From an uncultured bacterium (GTDB lineage: Bacteria; Latescibacterota; UBA2968), in assembly GCA_964471275.1 (NCBI GenBank), contig CAYYGZ010000002.1:1-55695 (forward strand): 55,695 nucleotides of DNA, in the 5' to 3' direction. The position numbers and the translations under genes are program-made. Below, piece after piece: positions 36,950 through 46,242 of this stretch (within the stretch, counting starts at the first letter, position 1; each line of letters starts with the position of its first letter). Under the pieces are notes generated by a model, which did no database searches, had not been told where the DNA came from, and saw only the letters and a list, made by a program, of their open reading frames with translations.

Positions 36950-38050
36950 CTATTCCTGAATGACGCGTTCGGCGTTGTTGTCGTCGAGTGCGGAGAGACA
37001 GCGGGGGGGGAGGACGTCAATATGCATCTGAATCTGCTCGGGCGTGAACGGCATCGCGGCAATGGTGGAAATCAGAGCCCCGTATCGCTGGAGGATACAG
37101 TAGCAGTAGTCGGTTTCGAGTTCGGAGACAGGGTATGACACACTGTGTTCACCGAGCGTATCCACATAGATGGACAGCAGATCGTGTTCGATCTTCCTCC
37201 GTAGATCCTGTTCCAGATTCTGGCAGAGGAACAGCCCTACATCAAAGATTGGATGGCCTCTCCGGACGAATTGCCAATCGACAACCGCGAACGGGATCCC
37301 GCTGTCTGCGTCCCCGAACAGCATGTTGTCCAGGTTGTAATCTGAGTGAACGAGCGATCTGGGATGACCGTTCGCGTGAGAGAGGATCCGACCCCTATAC
37401 TCACCCAGGACTGATCCCACTTCTCGGGACGACTCAGGCAGCACTCCTTTCGTCTTGCGAAGGAATACGGGCCACCACTCGGCGTGTTTGACTCGCAGCT
37501 CACAGTCTGTCGGTTGTCTGGCGACGCCGCCCAGCCAATCTACGGTATCAAGCTTGCCGCTCTCCCACCAGGCGGCGTGGAAACCGGCGATCCGGTGTAT
37601 GGCGAGTTCTGCCTGCTCGCGCGAGCAGCCCCTTGTGCGGTTGCCACCCCGGGCAGGATACAGATCTTCGAGCAGGATGATGTGATCGCCTGATTCGGTG
37701 TCGATGTCAGCGTGATAGCATCTGGGCGTGCGCAACGGGACGGTATCCGCGATTTCCTTGTAGAAGCGAACCTCGCGCTGATAGGCTGCCTGCGTGTTGG
37801 GTCGTTCGCGCATTTCTCGAATTGCAGATGAGCACTTGGCGATCAGCGATACCGGGGCCCGCGGAGCTCGCGTGTCGTATTCGAGCCGGATCCGGGTTGT
37901 GAGTCCAGTCAGTCCTTCGCTGTCTGTGGATCCCCCGGCCGAGACGCCGGTAACCCGTCCGTGTTCGATGACGCCTGCATCACGGAGGATGTGGGTGAGA
38001 CACTCGGGAGTCAGATCATCCGGGTTGCGTGGGATATATATGTTGGCCAT
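36950..38050 (-). CDS. Phosphotransferase (APH/choline kinase-like)
   Basis: REVRFY, ILLEDL, HSDYNLDNMLF (Brenner motif), VVDWQ; start 38050 or 38071. Confidence 0.88.
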   Translation of the reverse strand: MANIYIPRNPDDLTPECLTHILRDAGVIEHGRVTGVSAGGSTDSEGLTGLTTRIRLEYDTRAPRAPVSLIAKCSSAIREMRERPNTQAAYQREVRFYKEIADTVPLRTPRCYHADIDTESGDHIILLEDLYPARGGNRTRGCSREQAELAIHRIAGFHAAWWESGKLDTVDWLGGVARQPTDCELRVKHAEWWPVFLRKTKGVLPESSREVGSVLGEYRGRILSHANGHPRSLVHSDYNLDNMLFGDADSGIPFAVVDWQFVRRGHPIFDVGLFLCQNLEQDLRRKIEHDLLSIYVDTLGEHSVSYPVSELETDYCYCILQRYGALISTIAAMPFTPEQIQMHIDVLPPRCLSALDDNNAERVIQE

Positions 38051-38077
38051 AGTTGACCGAATGAAAGGCATATCACG

Positions 38078-38815
38078 ATGACATCACCAGAAAAGAAACT
38101 GCCCGCCCCCGGGGAATTGTTCGAAGTGGGGGGGCACCCAGCATTTCTGATTTGCCCGGATTCTATGGTTACAGGTTTCGGATCCTGGGTGTGGTATGCA
38201 CCAACCCTTCTGCAGTACCCGGATGTGAACGAGATCTGGATGCTCGAGCGATTTCTCGAGGCGGGCATACCGATCGCCGGTATCGATGTTGGCGAGTCTG
38301 CGGGGAACCCCGAAGGCAGGATCGGGTATAGCGCGCTCTACAATCATCTGGTCGATCATCGCGGCTTTGGCAAGCCGACACTGCTGGCTCGAAGCCGTGG
38401 CGGACTGATGCTGCTGAACTGGGCAGTTGAGAATGCGGACAGGGTGGCGGCAATCGCAGGTATCTATCCCGTATGCAACCTTGAGAGCTATCCGGGCGTG
38501 GATCCGGCGGCGGAAGCATACGGTATGACTGCTGATGAACTTCGCGATCGATTGCCCGATCACAATCCGATCGATCGGCTGGGGCCCCTGGCAAGGGCGA
38601 GGGTGCCGGTTTACATCGTGCACGGCGACAGTGATGAGGTTGTCCCGCTCGAAGCAAATTCCGGTGAATTGGCACGCCGATATGCGCAGCTGGGTGGCAG
38701 CGTCCAACTGACTGTTGCAGGAGGAAAAGGACACAGTCTATCAGATGTGTTCTTCCGAGATCAACGACTGGTCGACTTTGTGATCGCGACCTGCCTGGAG
38801 GCCGGTGGCGTCTGA
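38078..38815 (+). CDS. Alpha/beta hydrolase (peptidase S9-like)
   Basis: LARSRGGL nucleophile elbow, HGDSDEVVP, GKGH. Confidence 0.85.
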   Translation: MTSPEKKLPAPGELFEVGGHPAFLICPDSMVTGFGSWVWYAPTLLQYPDVNEIWMLERFLEAGIPIAGIDVGESAGNPEGRIGYSALYNHLVDHRGFGKPTLLARSRGGLMLLNWAVENADRVAAIAGIYPVCNLESYPGVDPAAEAYGMTADELRDRLPDHNPIDRLGPLARARVPVYIVHGDSDEVVPLEANSGELARRYAQLGGSVQLTVAGGKGHSLSDVFFRDQRLVDFVIATCLEAGGV

Positions 38816-38841
38816 AAGTAGCGTCTACGCTGCAGCCATGA

Positions 38842-40957
38842 CTACCCGCGAGGCGATAGAGGAATGATCACGGATTGGCCGGCGAAGCCGTTTGTGGGGA
38901 GGTCGACGACTATTCTTGTGCCTGCAGGGGTGATGGTCGCGCCTCTGCCGACGAAGGTACGGTCCAGTGTGACCAGAATCTGATGAAGCTGCTGCGCAGG
39001 ATCTGATACGGTCAGGATCCAGATATCACCAGTCTGTCGGTAGATCAGCGTGCAAGCCCTGTCGGTGGTAAGCGTGTGACCATCCGGTAACCGTAAGGTG
39101 GCCGGCGAGTGGAAAACAGCCTCGGTGACCTTCTCAGAGGACGAATGGATGGCCTGGACGTTCACGGTGTTCGAGAGGATGCGGACGGATGAGTCTGCAG
39201 ACACGGTCTCTAGCTCTTCTCGAGAAACGCCGGGAACGATGCGGTAGGCATAGGTGGCATCCGCTGGCTTGCGGCCGTGGTCGATCCAGCTGGTGAATAT
39301 GTCCTGCCGTACCGGGGCGTCCGATGCTCTGGCTTCGACGTCTCGCCACGAGCCGGTCTGTTCACGCGCGCTGATTCCAATCGTGGATTCGTCCAACACA
39401 ACATAGGCGATGTCGTTGTGGTGAATGGCCCTGATCCGAGATGGTGCTAGCGATTCTCCCTCCAATTCAATCAAACCCTCTTCAGACTGTATCGTGACGT
39501 CACCCCGCAGGCGACACTGGTTGAGCGTCGTCACCACACGATCCGTTTTACCGGATTCGATTCCCGCTCCCAGGCATACGAGTCCATCCCGGATGAAGAA
39601 ATACGCTTTCTTCGCTTTGACGCCCGCCTTGTCGTAGTCCATCACCGACACACCATAGAGACCATCCGAAGCGCCACCGACAAAGGCGGTGTTCCCGACC
39701 TGAGGCACGTCTCGACCGTAGGGGATCGGAGCCGAGGTGTCGAGGTATGTCAAACCGGGCAGCTTGCGGTACGACCAGACCGGCTGAACTTCGTGGTATT
39801 CGTCGCCTTTCTGGAGGATGAAATACGTGCCGTCCGCCAGGTGATAGCCTTTCAGGTTCTCTCGATTGGTTCGCGTTTCGGTTGCGTAGGTCCTGGTCGA
39901 ATGAGAACGGATAGAGGCATACCAGTCGGGGGTCCGGTGAACCATCGTGTCCGATCACCAGAAGTGCTTGTTGCCGAGCGGGCCTGATGATCCTGCAGGG
40001 CGCTGCCCGGTCACACGCTCGGAAAACGCTGCGTATTCGCTCGCTCGCGCAGTATCGGCGTTTGCCATACGATCCGCGATCCGCGAGTAGCCCCTGGCAT
40101 TCCAGGAGTGTCTACCGGGGCCGCCCCTGAAAGCGCCCCGACCCATGGCGTGGTAGTCGACCTGTCTTCCCCAGATGAACCACTGTTGCGCGTCAAGAAT
40201 GAGCCGTGACAGGATTCGGATCTTCTCATCGGAGAAGGCGAAGGTCGTCCCGGCGAAAAGCTCCACGAAGCCCGCCTGGTTGGCGGCGAATCCACGACCA
40301 TAGCTGATGATCATCTGCCGGGGACCGTGCTGATGGAAGCTGTCGTCGCATTGGATGCCTTCCTCTGAGGTCACGCGGATCTCGCCCGATATGTGCTTGA
40401 TCGCCTGCCTCAGAAGCTCAGGATCGTTGGTCGCGCAGGCGAGTGATAGCAGGTTGCTGGCTTTGTCCACGAGGTTAGCGCCCGTTCCCCTGAAACGGCT
40501 TTCGCGGATCAAGTCGGATGTCGCCGCGATGAGGTCGGGTGGGAGTTCATCGACCATCAGTATGAGAATGTCGCTGAGCCGTCGCGGCGCACCGATGGCG
40601 TTATGCCACCAGTTGTCGCTGACGGGATGGCGATCGGTCCAGCACTGCAGGCCGGTCTGAACGGCATCGTGTATTCGAGTATCCCCGTTGAGCGGACTCT
40701 CCTGCGAGCATATCGAGATGCGAGAGGTGGCGGATGGGTTGCCAGTGGGTCCTGGACTGGTCGTCGTAGTCGACATCGGGCCAGCTGCCATCACCGGCTT
40801 GCTGATCGATCAGGGCATCTGCGCGAGCATCCAGGTCCCGAGGTCTGAATGCGAGGAGGCGCGTGCGGAGACGATCGGCGATGAGAGCTATTTCATCGGG
40901 TACGACGGTCTCTGCGTGAAGTGAGACTGTAAGGATGACGGATAGCAGTAAGATCAA
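38842..40957 (-). pseudogene. Polysaccharide lyase family 8 (chondroitin AC lyase-like), split into three fragments
   Basis: Signal peptide plus DGSWPDVDY; frameshift near 40700; NWWHNAIG, TGANL, EGIQ.DDSFHQHG...YG; in-frame TGA at 39955-39957 (FW*SDTMVHR); ENLKGYHLADG, AKKAYFF, TTLNQ. Confidence 0.9.
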
Positions 40958-41023
40958 GTAGGTTGTCCTGTTTGTTCAGGTTCAATCGGTCGACGGGGCT
41001 GTCTGGGGGTAGTCGCACCGCGA

Positions 41024-41123
41024 NNNNNNNNNNNNNNNNNNNNNNNNNNNNNNNNNNNNNNNNNNNNNNNNNNNNNNNNNNNNNNNNNNNNNNNNNNNNN
41101 NNNNNNNNNNNNNNNNNNNNNNN
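41024..41123. other. Assembly gap (100 N)
   Basis: Run of N. Confidence 1.
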
Positions 41124-41492
41124 GAGTTCCTTGCCGTCGCGGACGAGGCGCGCGATCTCGGGGGGCAGGTAGAGCGTTCCCGTTCGTGCTTTTCCCAGCT
41201 GCTCGCCCGATTTCACGACAACCCACGCATACGCGGCCATCTCGTCGGTGTCATCAATGCCTCCTTCGATCCCGACCCAGTAGTTGGCATCCGGCAGCAG
41301 GTTGGCTGCCCCTACTGCACGCTCTGTCGCACCCATCAGCGTTTCGTGATCGGACATGGGCTGATCAGACACACCTGACGGCACCTCGATCGCCTCGATC
41401 TGCCAATCGAAATCGGGAAACATCCTGCGGAAACCGCGCAACGCTGCGTCGCGTTTAGCGGGGTTGCTTGAGGCAATGACGATGGTTGGCAA
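41124..41492 (-). CDS. yjjX: Inosine/xanthosine triphosphatase YjjX (3' end lost in the gap)
   Basis: TTG start after AGGAG; IASSNPAK, VPSGVSDQPM...ETLMGA..RA, WVGIEGG. Confidence 0.9.
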
Positions 41493-41620
41493 GACGAGTC
41501 TCCTTGTACGCGCGCGGCAGAGCGTCAATCCTGTGAGGTAACGACAGCCTACTGGTGTGCTTGGCGGCGGGATCTCGACAGATTGGGTAAAGTTCTCATT
41601 TCGGTCGTGGCGGCCGATTT

Positions 41621-41781
41621 CCCTGAGTAGGCACGCAGCAAATCAGCAGTCGACAGCTTTCCGTATCGAAGCGTCCCACTGACGTGTGGGCCTGCTTTCC
41701 GGTCGCCCTTCGATAAGACGTGTAGATTCGCTACAGCATCAGGTAACATGGAATCCGTGTAGGCTACGACGTCACTCAGGG
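41621..41781. repeat. Inverted doublet of REP-like units (161 bp)
   Basis: Outer CCCTGAGT/ACTCAGGG and inner TATCGAAG/CTTCGATA inverted repeats; each half reads TTCGATA...ACTCAGGG. Confidence 0.6.
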
Positions 41782-41823
41782 CGAACGATGACTCGCTCGT
41801 TTCCTGGGAACAGCCTCAATCTG

Positions 41824-43041
41824 CTAGTTTAGCACATCACGTGAGACGCGAAGGATGTTACCGCCGATGATCTTGCGAATGTCATCGTCGGAGTAGCCGC
41901 GCTGGACGAGGCCGACAGTGATCATCGGCCAGTTGGTCCACGCAAGGCTCTGGACCTGGTGATCTTGACGCCACTCCGGGGAGTGGGCTCTCGAGCCTTC
42001 TGGCCAGAGCGACTCCCATCGTTCACGGATAACACGCCGTTTGGAAATCTTCGCTTCTTCCTCGGCCGCCCGGTAGGACACATAAGCCCGATCAGTGCCG
42101 ATGGTGACGTGGTCGGCGCCGAAGGTCTTCGCGACGTAGTCGATATGGTCAAGCATCGTGCTGATGTTACCCAATCCACCCAGGAAGAAAGGCACGTTGG
42201 TGATGCCCATCGTCCCACCGGTGGAAATGACGGCACGGATCGTTTCGTCATCCTTGGCCCGGATGTGCTCGTTCAGGTTCGCCGCACAGGAATGACTGAT
42301 CACGATAGGACGTTCGGAACTGGCGGTAGCCTCCAGCCCGGTCTTGCGACCTGAGTGGGCGATGTCGATGAGGACACCGACGCGATTCATCTCCCGGATG
42401 GTCTCGCGGCCGAATTCGCTCAATCCCGCATCATCCGGCTCACCGCAGCCATCGCCGATCGGGTTCCGCCGGTTGTAGGTGAGGTGCATCATTCGCACAC
42501 CAAGCTGGTAGAAGACGCGAATGAAACGCAGCTCTTCCTGTGTGTTGACCTGGCCGCCGGCCAGCGGGATTCCGTTACCTGTCATGTATCGACAGTGCTT
42601 GCCCTCGGCCTTGGCAGCGACGATATCGTCAGGATGAACGACGCGTCTCATCAGTTCGGGTGCCATATCGGTGACGTACGTGTGTCGAGCAAGACGCTTT
42701 ATCAGCCGGAGTGGGTCGTTGCCCTCTTCGCCGGCGTTCTGGTACGAGCACGTGACACCGGAAGCTTCCCAGATCTCTTCGAACTCCTGCTTGAGGGAAG
42801 GCTCATCGACCCAGCGGGTCATTCGCAAGTCTTCTGTCAGGTCCTGGAGCTCGAGCTCGGTTGCACCCTCCTCGATCTTTCGTGCGACCCGTGCCCCGTC
42901 CATTGGGGCCATCAGGCCAAGACCGTAGGACTCGACGACGACCGAATCCGTGTGCAGGGCCAGTCCACGGTCCAGGTCCGCCTTGCCCGGGTTGAGGATC
43001 GCGATGGCGATTTCACGTGCGTGTCTGATCTGATCATTCAT
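41824..43041 (-). CDS. Membrane dipeptidase (M19)-family protein
   Basis: LGVRMMHLTYN..N..GDG, GLSEFGR..IREMN..GVLIDIAHS, SHS, IGTD, IIGGNILRV. Confidence 0.9.
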   Translation of the reverse strand: MNDQIRHAREIAIAILNPGKADLDRGLALHTDSVVVESYGLGLMAPMDGARVARKIEEGATELELQDLTEDLRMTRWVDEPSLKQEFEEIWEASGVTCSYQNAGEEGNDPLRLIKRLARHTYVTDMAPELMRRVVHPDDIVAAKAEGKHCRYMTGNGIPLAGGQVNTQEELRFIRVFYQLGVRMMHLTYNRRNPIGDGCGEPDDAGLSEFGRETIREMNRVGVLIDIAHSGRKTGLEATASSERPIVISHSCAANLNEHIRAKDDETIRAVISTGGTMGITNVPFFLGGLGNISTMLDHIDYVAKTFGADHVTIGTDRAYVSYRAAEEEAKISKRRVIRERWESLWPEGSRAHSPEWRQDHQVQSLAWTNWPMITVGLVQRGYSDDDIRKIIGGNILRVSRDVLN

Positions 43042-43093
43042 TTTCCGGACTCGTGATTGAATGTTTGTGCATCACTGCAGCAGGATGATGCCG

Positions 43094-43141
43094 GCCTCTC
43101 GATACACCCCGGCCGGAGCCGGGGCACTCGAGGACACGGTG
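43094..43141. repeat. REP-like palindrome, copy 1
   Basis: GCCTCTCGATACAC-CCCGGC-CGGA-GCCGGG-GCACTCGAGGACACGGTG. Confidence 0.8.
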
Positions 43142-43155
43142 GAACTTCGCTTCGG

Positions 43156-43980
43156 TCAAGCTGCAGAAAGCTGGGCGGCGCCGTCCACGCGGAGGATCTG
43201 GCCGCTGACGAATGCCGCGAGTTGGGACAGGAAGAACTGAACCGCTGACGCGATTTCGTCTGGTGTGGCGTAACGAAGGAGTGTTGGCTGACCCATCGCG
43301 TCGAGATACTCCTGATCAGCCTGGCGTGTGGCGAGGAAGCGCGCACTCAGCGATCCACCGGGAGCGACCATGTTTACGGTGATGTTGTGTTCACGAAGCT
43401 CCGATGCGAGGCAGCGTGTGTAGTTCGCCTGTGCGGCTTTGGCCGAGGCGTAGATGACGCCTTCCGAGCGGCCCACGAAACCGGCGATCGAACCGATGTT
43501 CACGATGCGCCCCCCTCCACGTTTGATCATACCCGGTACGACCTCGCGGCAGCAATCGACCGTCGTGATGAGGTTACGGTCGACAATCGATTTTACGTCC
43601 TCCGGCTTTATACCGTAGCTGTTGTTGGGCTCGGGCTTGCCTCCTTCTGCCGCAATGTCACCACCCGCGTTGTTGACGAGCATGTCGATCGGCCCCAGAT
43701 CGGTTTCGATCTGCCGAACGGCGTTTTGAACCTGTTCCGGATCGGATACATCTGCGAACACTTTGGTGACAGGATTGCCGATGGCGGAGATCTCGTCCGC
43801 AACGTGTGATGTCGAGCGTGCCTCGCCGAATTCCGCTGCCGTCTTCTCTGAGCGGCTGTGGATGACGAGGGACGCGCCGCAGCGAGCGAGTCGTTCCGCG
43901 ATCGCCCTGCCCAACCCACGTGCTGACGCGGTTACCCAGATGACTTTGCCGGTTAGAAGTTCGGGGTCTGTACCAATCAT
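43156..43980 (-). CDS. SDR-family oxidoreductase
   Basis: TASARGLG, LVNNAG, IVNIGS, YASAK, VSGQILRVDG. Confidence 0.95.
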   Translation of the reverse strand: MIGTDPELLTGKVIWVTASARGLGRAIAERLARCGASLVIHSRSEKTAAEFGEARSTSHVADEISAIGNPVTKVFADVSDPEQVQNAVRQIETDLGPIDMLVNNAGGDIAAEGGKPEPNNSYGIKPEDVKSIVDRNLITTVDCCREVVPGMIKRGGGRIVNIGSIAGFVGRSEGVIYASAKAAQANYTRCLASELREHNITVNMVAPGGSLSARFLATRQADQEYLDAMGQPTLLRYATPDEIASAVQFFLSQLAAFVSGQILRVDGAAQLSAA

Positions 43981-44139
43981 GTATGCCCTTTCTGATTCTG
44001 CTGGGGTGCCGGAGCCTTTTGCGATCAAATTCTCAGCGCAAATGCGGCACGGTGTATGCACTCAGACCGAAGGGAAAACGTGCAGTCATGCGTTCTCCTG
44101 ATGGGCGACAACAGTCGGATGGCACCACAGGATGGCATG

Positions 44140-44196
44140 AAAAAGGCGGAGCCGAAAGTCGTATCCGGTTGGTTCAGATCGACACCTCGACTCCGC
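44140..44196 (-). terminator. Long intrinsic-terminator-like hairpin upstream of the SDR gene
   Basis: GCGGAGUCGAGG...UUUCGGCUCCGC followed by CUUUUU; mismatches become G-U pairs only on the minus strand. Confidence 0.65.
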
Positions 44197-44199
44197 TTT

Positions 44200-44570
44200 C
44201 CAGTATTCGCGGCTGCTCCACTTCCGTTCGCCCTTTGATACGACGCACACATTTTCGGTCAATAGAGAAGTGCCGCTACCGAGTAGCGAGTGCGTCACTC
44301 AGTGCCTATGGTGAAAGTAATTGAGCCTCACTGCGAAGGAGAGTAGTGTGAGATCGACAAGAACCACGCACTATCCTCATCGCAAGGAGGCTCGTTGTGG
44401 CAAATTAGACACCGCAGGTCTGGATCGGCAAACATCTGTTTGTTGGTATCGACGTCGTTCATCCTGTGGCCGCAAGGACCACGACACCCAGTCTGTCGAT
44501 CTTAAAACACCATACCCTTCGGACTAAGCACTTGTGCGCGTCAATAAGACGACCACGAATAGCAGGTTGA
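44200..44570 (+). mobile_element. Putative IS110-family remnant (structured left end plus degraded transposase N-terminus)
   Basis: AAGGAGG SD, GTG 44397, MAN*TPQVWIGKHLFVGIDV (resembles the first-Asp motif of IS110 DEDD recombinases); SD sequestered in a 71-nt hairpin at 44323-44393. Confidence 0.5.
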
Positions 44571-44651
44571 CTTGGGAAAAAGCTCAAAAAGCGATATCAA
44601 ATGTCCACATTACTCTTGAATAAGTTTATAGCTGGGCGAACGGTATCCTTA

Positions 44652-45416
44652 CTATGCCTGCTTGTGCTCGTGCGGCTTCGGCTGTTCAGCTTTCCACTTG
44701 CGATACAGCTGGTATGTCTCCTCATCCGGCGGATAGTACTTGCCCGGGGAGAGATGCTCTTCGTCCAGTCTGCGACGAATCCATTCTTCGAGATCGTCGT
44801 ATTCGATCGCCTTCTTTGCCATTTCGGGTGCAACCGCTCTCGGGATCACGACCACTCCATCATCATCAGCAACGATATAGTCCCCAGGACGGACCAGGAT
44901 ACCGTCAACGTTTATCGAATCGTTTGTCGAGTAGGGCGTACCGACACGTGTTCCGAGGTTCGATGTCTTTCCGAGTCCCCAGAGTGTGATTCCGTAGTCC
45001 TTGACGGTGTGCATGTCGCGGATTCCGCCGTCGCAGATCAACCCATTGACCCCACGCTGCTTCAGTCTCAGGAATTTGATGTCACCGCCGATCGACATCA
45101 GCTTTGTGCGCATGGACTCCATGACGATCACGTCACCCGGGCCGGCGAGCTCGAAGCCTGCGTATTCAGGTGACTCCTCATCCTGCGGTTTTTCGGCGTC
45201 TGCGTCGGGTCGTGCCGGAACGAACCGGACCGTGATGGCGCGGGCGACAAGTCGCTCACCGGGGTTCATGGTCTGAAGGTTCGGCATGTAGGTGTAACGT
45301 GCGTCGTAACCGTTTCTAGCGAGCACATCGACCACGGCGGTCGTGTTGACCCGTTTGAGGGTTTCGCGCGTGTCCTCGTCGAGGACATGGTCGGGTGTGG
45401 GCTGAATGACTGCCAT
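44652..45416 (-). CDS. RraA-like / HMG aldolase family protein
   Basis: ARAITVRFVP.RPD, GDVIVM, GGDI...GLICDGGIRD, VRPGDYIVADDDGVVVIP. Confidence 0.92.
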   Translation of the reverse strand: MAVIQPTPDHVLDEDTRETLKRVNTTAVVDVLARNGYDARYTYMPNLQTMNPGERLVARAITVRFVPARPDADAEKPQDEESPEYAGFELAGPGDVIVMESMRTKLMSIGGDIKFLRLKQRGVNGLICDGGIRDMHTVKDYGITLWGLGKTSNLGTRVGTPYSTNDSINVDGILVRPGDYIVADDDGVVVIPRAVAPEMAKKAIEYDDLEEWIRRRLDEEHLSPGKYYPPDEETYQLYRKWKAEQPKPHEHKQA

Positions 45417-45558
45417 TTCTTCTCCTTGCAATACTGTGATCGTGATGACTGAACGACTACACGTAAGGGTATCGGCGGGTTAGGCGCAAATATCCGGCTG
45501 AATCGGGACGGTCGTTCGGGTCCGCGGCGAACGCACGCATACGTGTATCCGGTTTTCG

Positions 45559-45658
45559 NNNNNNNNNNNNNNNNNNNNNNNNNNNNNNNNNNNNNNNNNN
45601 NNNNNNNNNNNNNNNNNNNNNNNNNNNNNNNNNNNNNNNNNNNNNNNNNNNNNNNNNN
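45559..45658. other. Assembly gap (100 N)
   Basis: Run of N. Confidence 1.
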
Positions 45659-46195
45659 CGGCAAACGGCCAGAACGACCCCCGCTGACTTGACTCGGGGA
45701 CCGAGAACATCGGGAAATGCCAGAACGACCAGATCATGCCCTAGAGGATCGCGGCGCTCAGAGACCCAAACTGTCCGATGAATTGCGGCAGGGCGAAGCC
45801 GCGCCAACCGATCTCCTCTGCGATCACCACGAATGCCTGGCCGCCGAGCAGATATAACAATCCCTGATCCGGTGTGCGGAAGATCCGCTCCGGTCATTCG
45901 CTGCCTCGAGAAATCGCGATCCGTATCGACAGAAGGTAAATGGCTGGAATACTCAGCAGAGCGATGCCCCACCAGACCCACCCGACCTCTATGTGAAAAC
46001 CCCCGACAACAGCCCATCGAGACCGCCCGGTGTATCCGCCCGAGAAGCCACTATGAGGGCACCGACGAGCGGACCCGGCAATCCGAGGATGTACAAAGCA
46101 CGTCCCTGGCGGCTGTCGAATGGCAACCGCCGCCAGATCATCAGGCCGTGTAATGCCCAGGTGAATCAGTATGTGATGACAAAGAAGGTCAACAT
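45659..46195 (-). pseudogene. CPBP/CAAX (Abi) intramembrane metalloprotease with multiple stops
   Basis: Translated by hand: MLTFFVITY*FTW...GPLVGA..., then IAEEIGWRGFALP...AIL*GMIWSFWHFPMF (EExxWRG and WH motifs). Confidence 0.8.
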
Positions 46196-46242
46196 ACCGT
46201 GAACGCTCACCGTGGGTGACTGATCAACCGGAATTACGATTG

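Noticed and set aside
24738..39957. In-frame TGA codons in the FGE and PL8 genes as selenocysteine or genetic-code reassignment
   Set aside because: They fall at Arg/Gly-type positions rather than Cys; many intact genes here end in TGA; the PL8 gene also has a frameshift and other pseudogenes have TAG stops.
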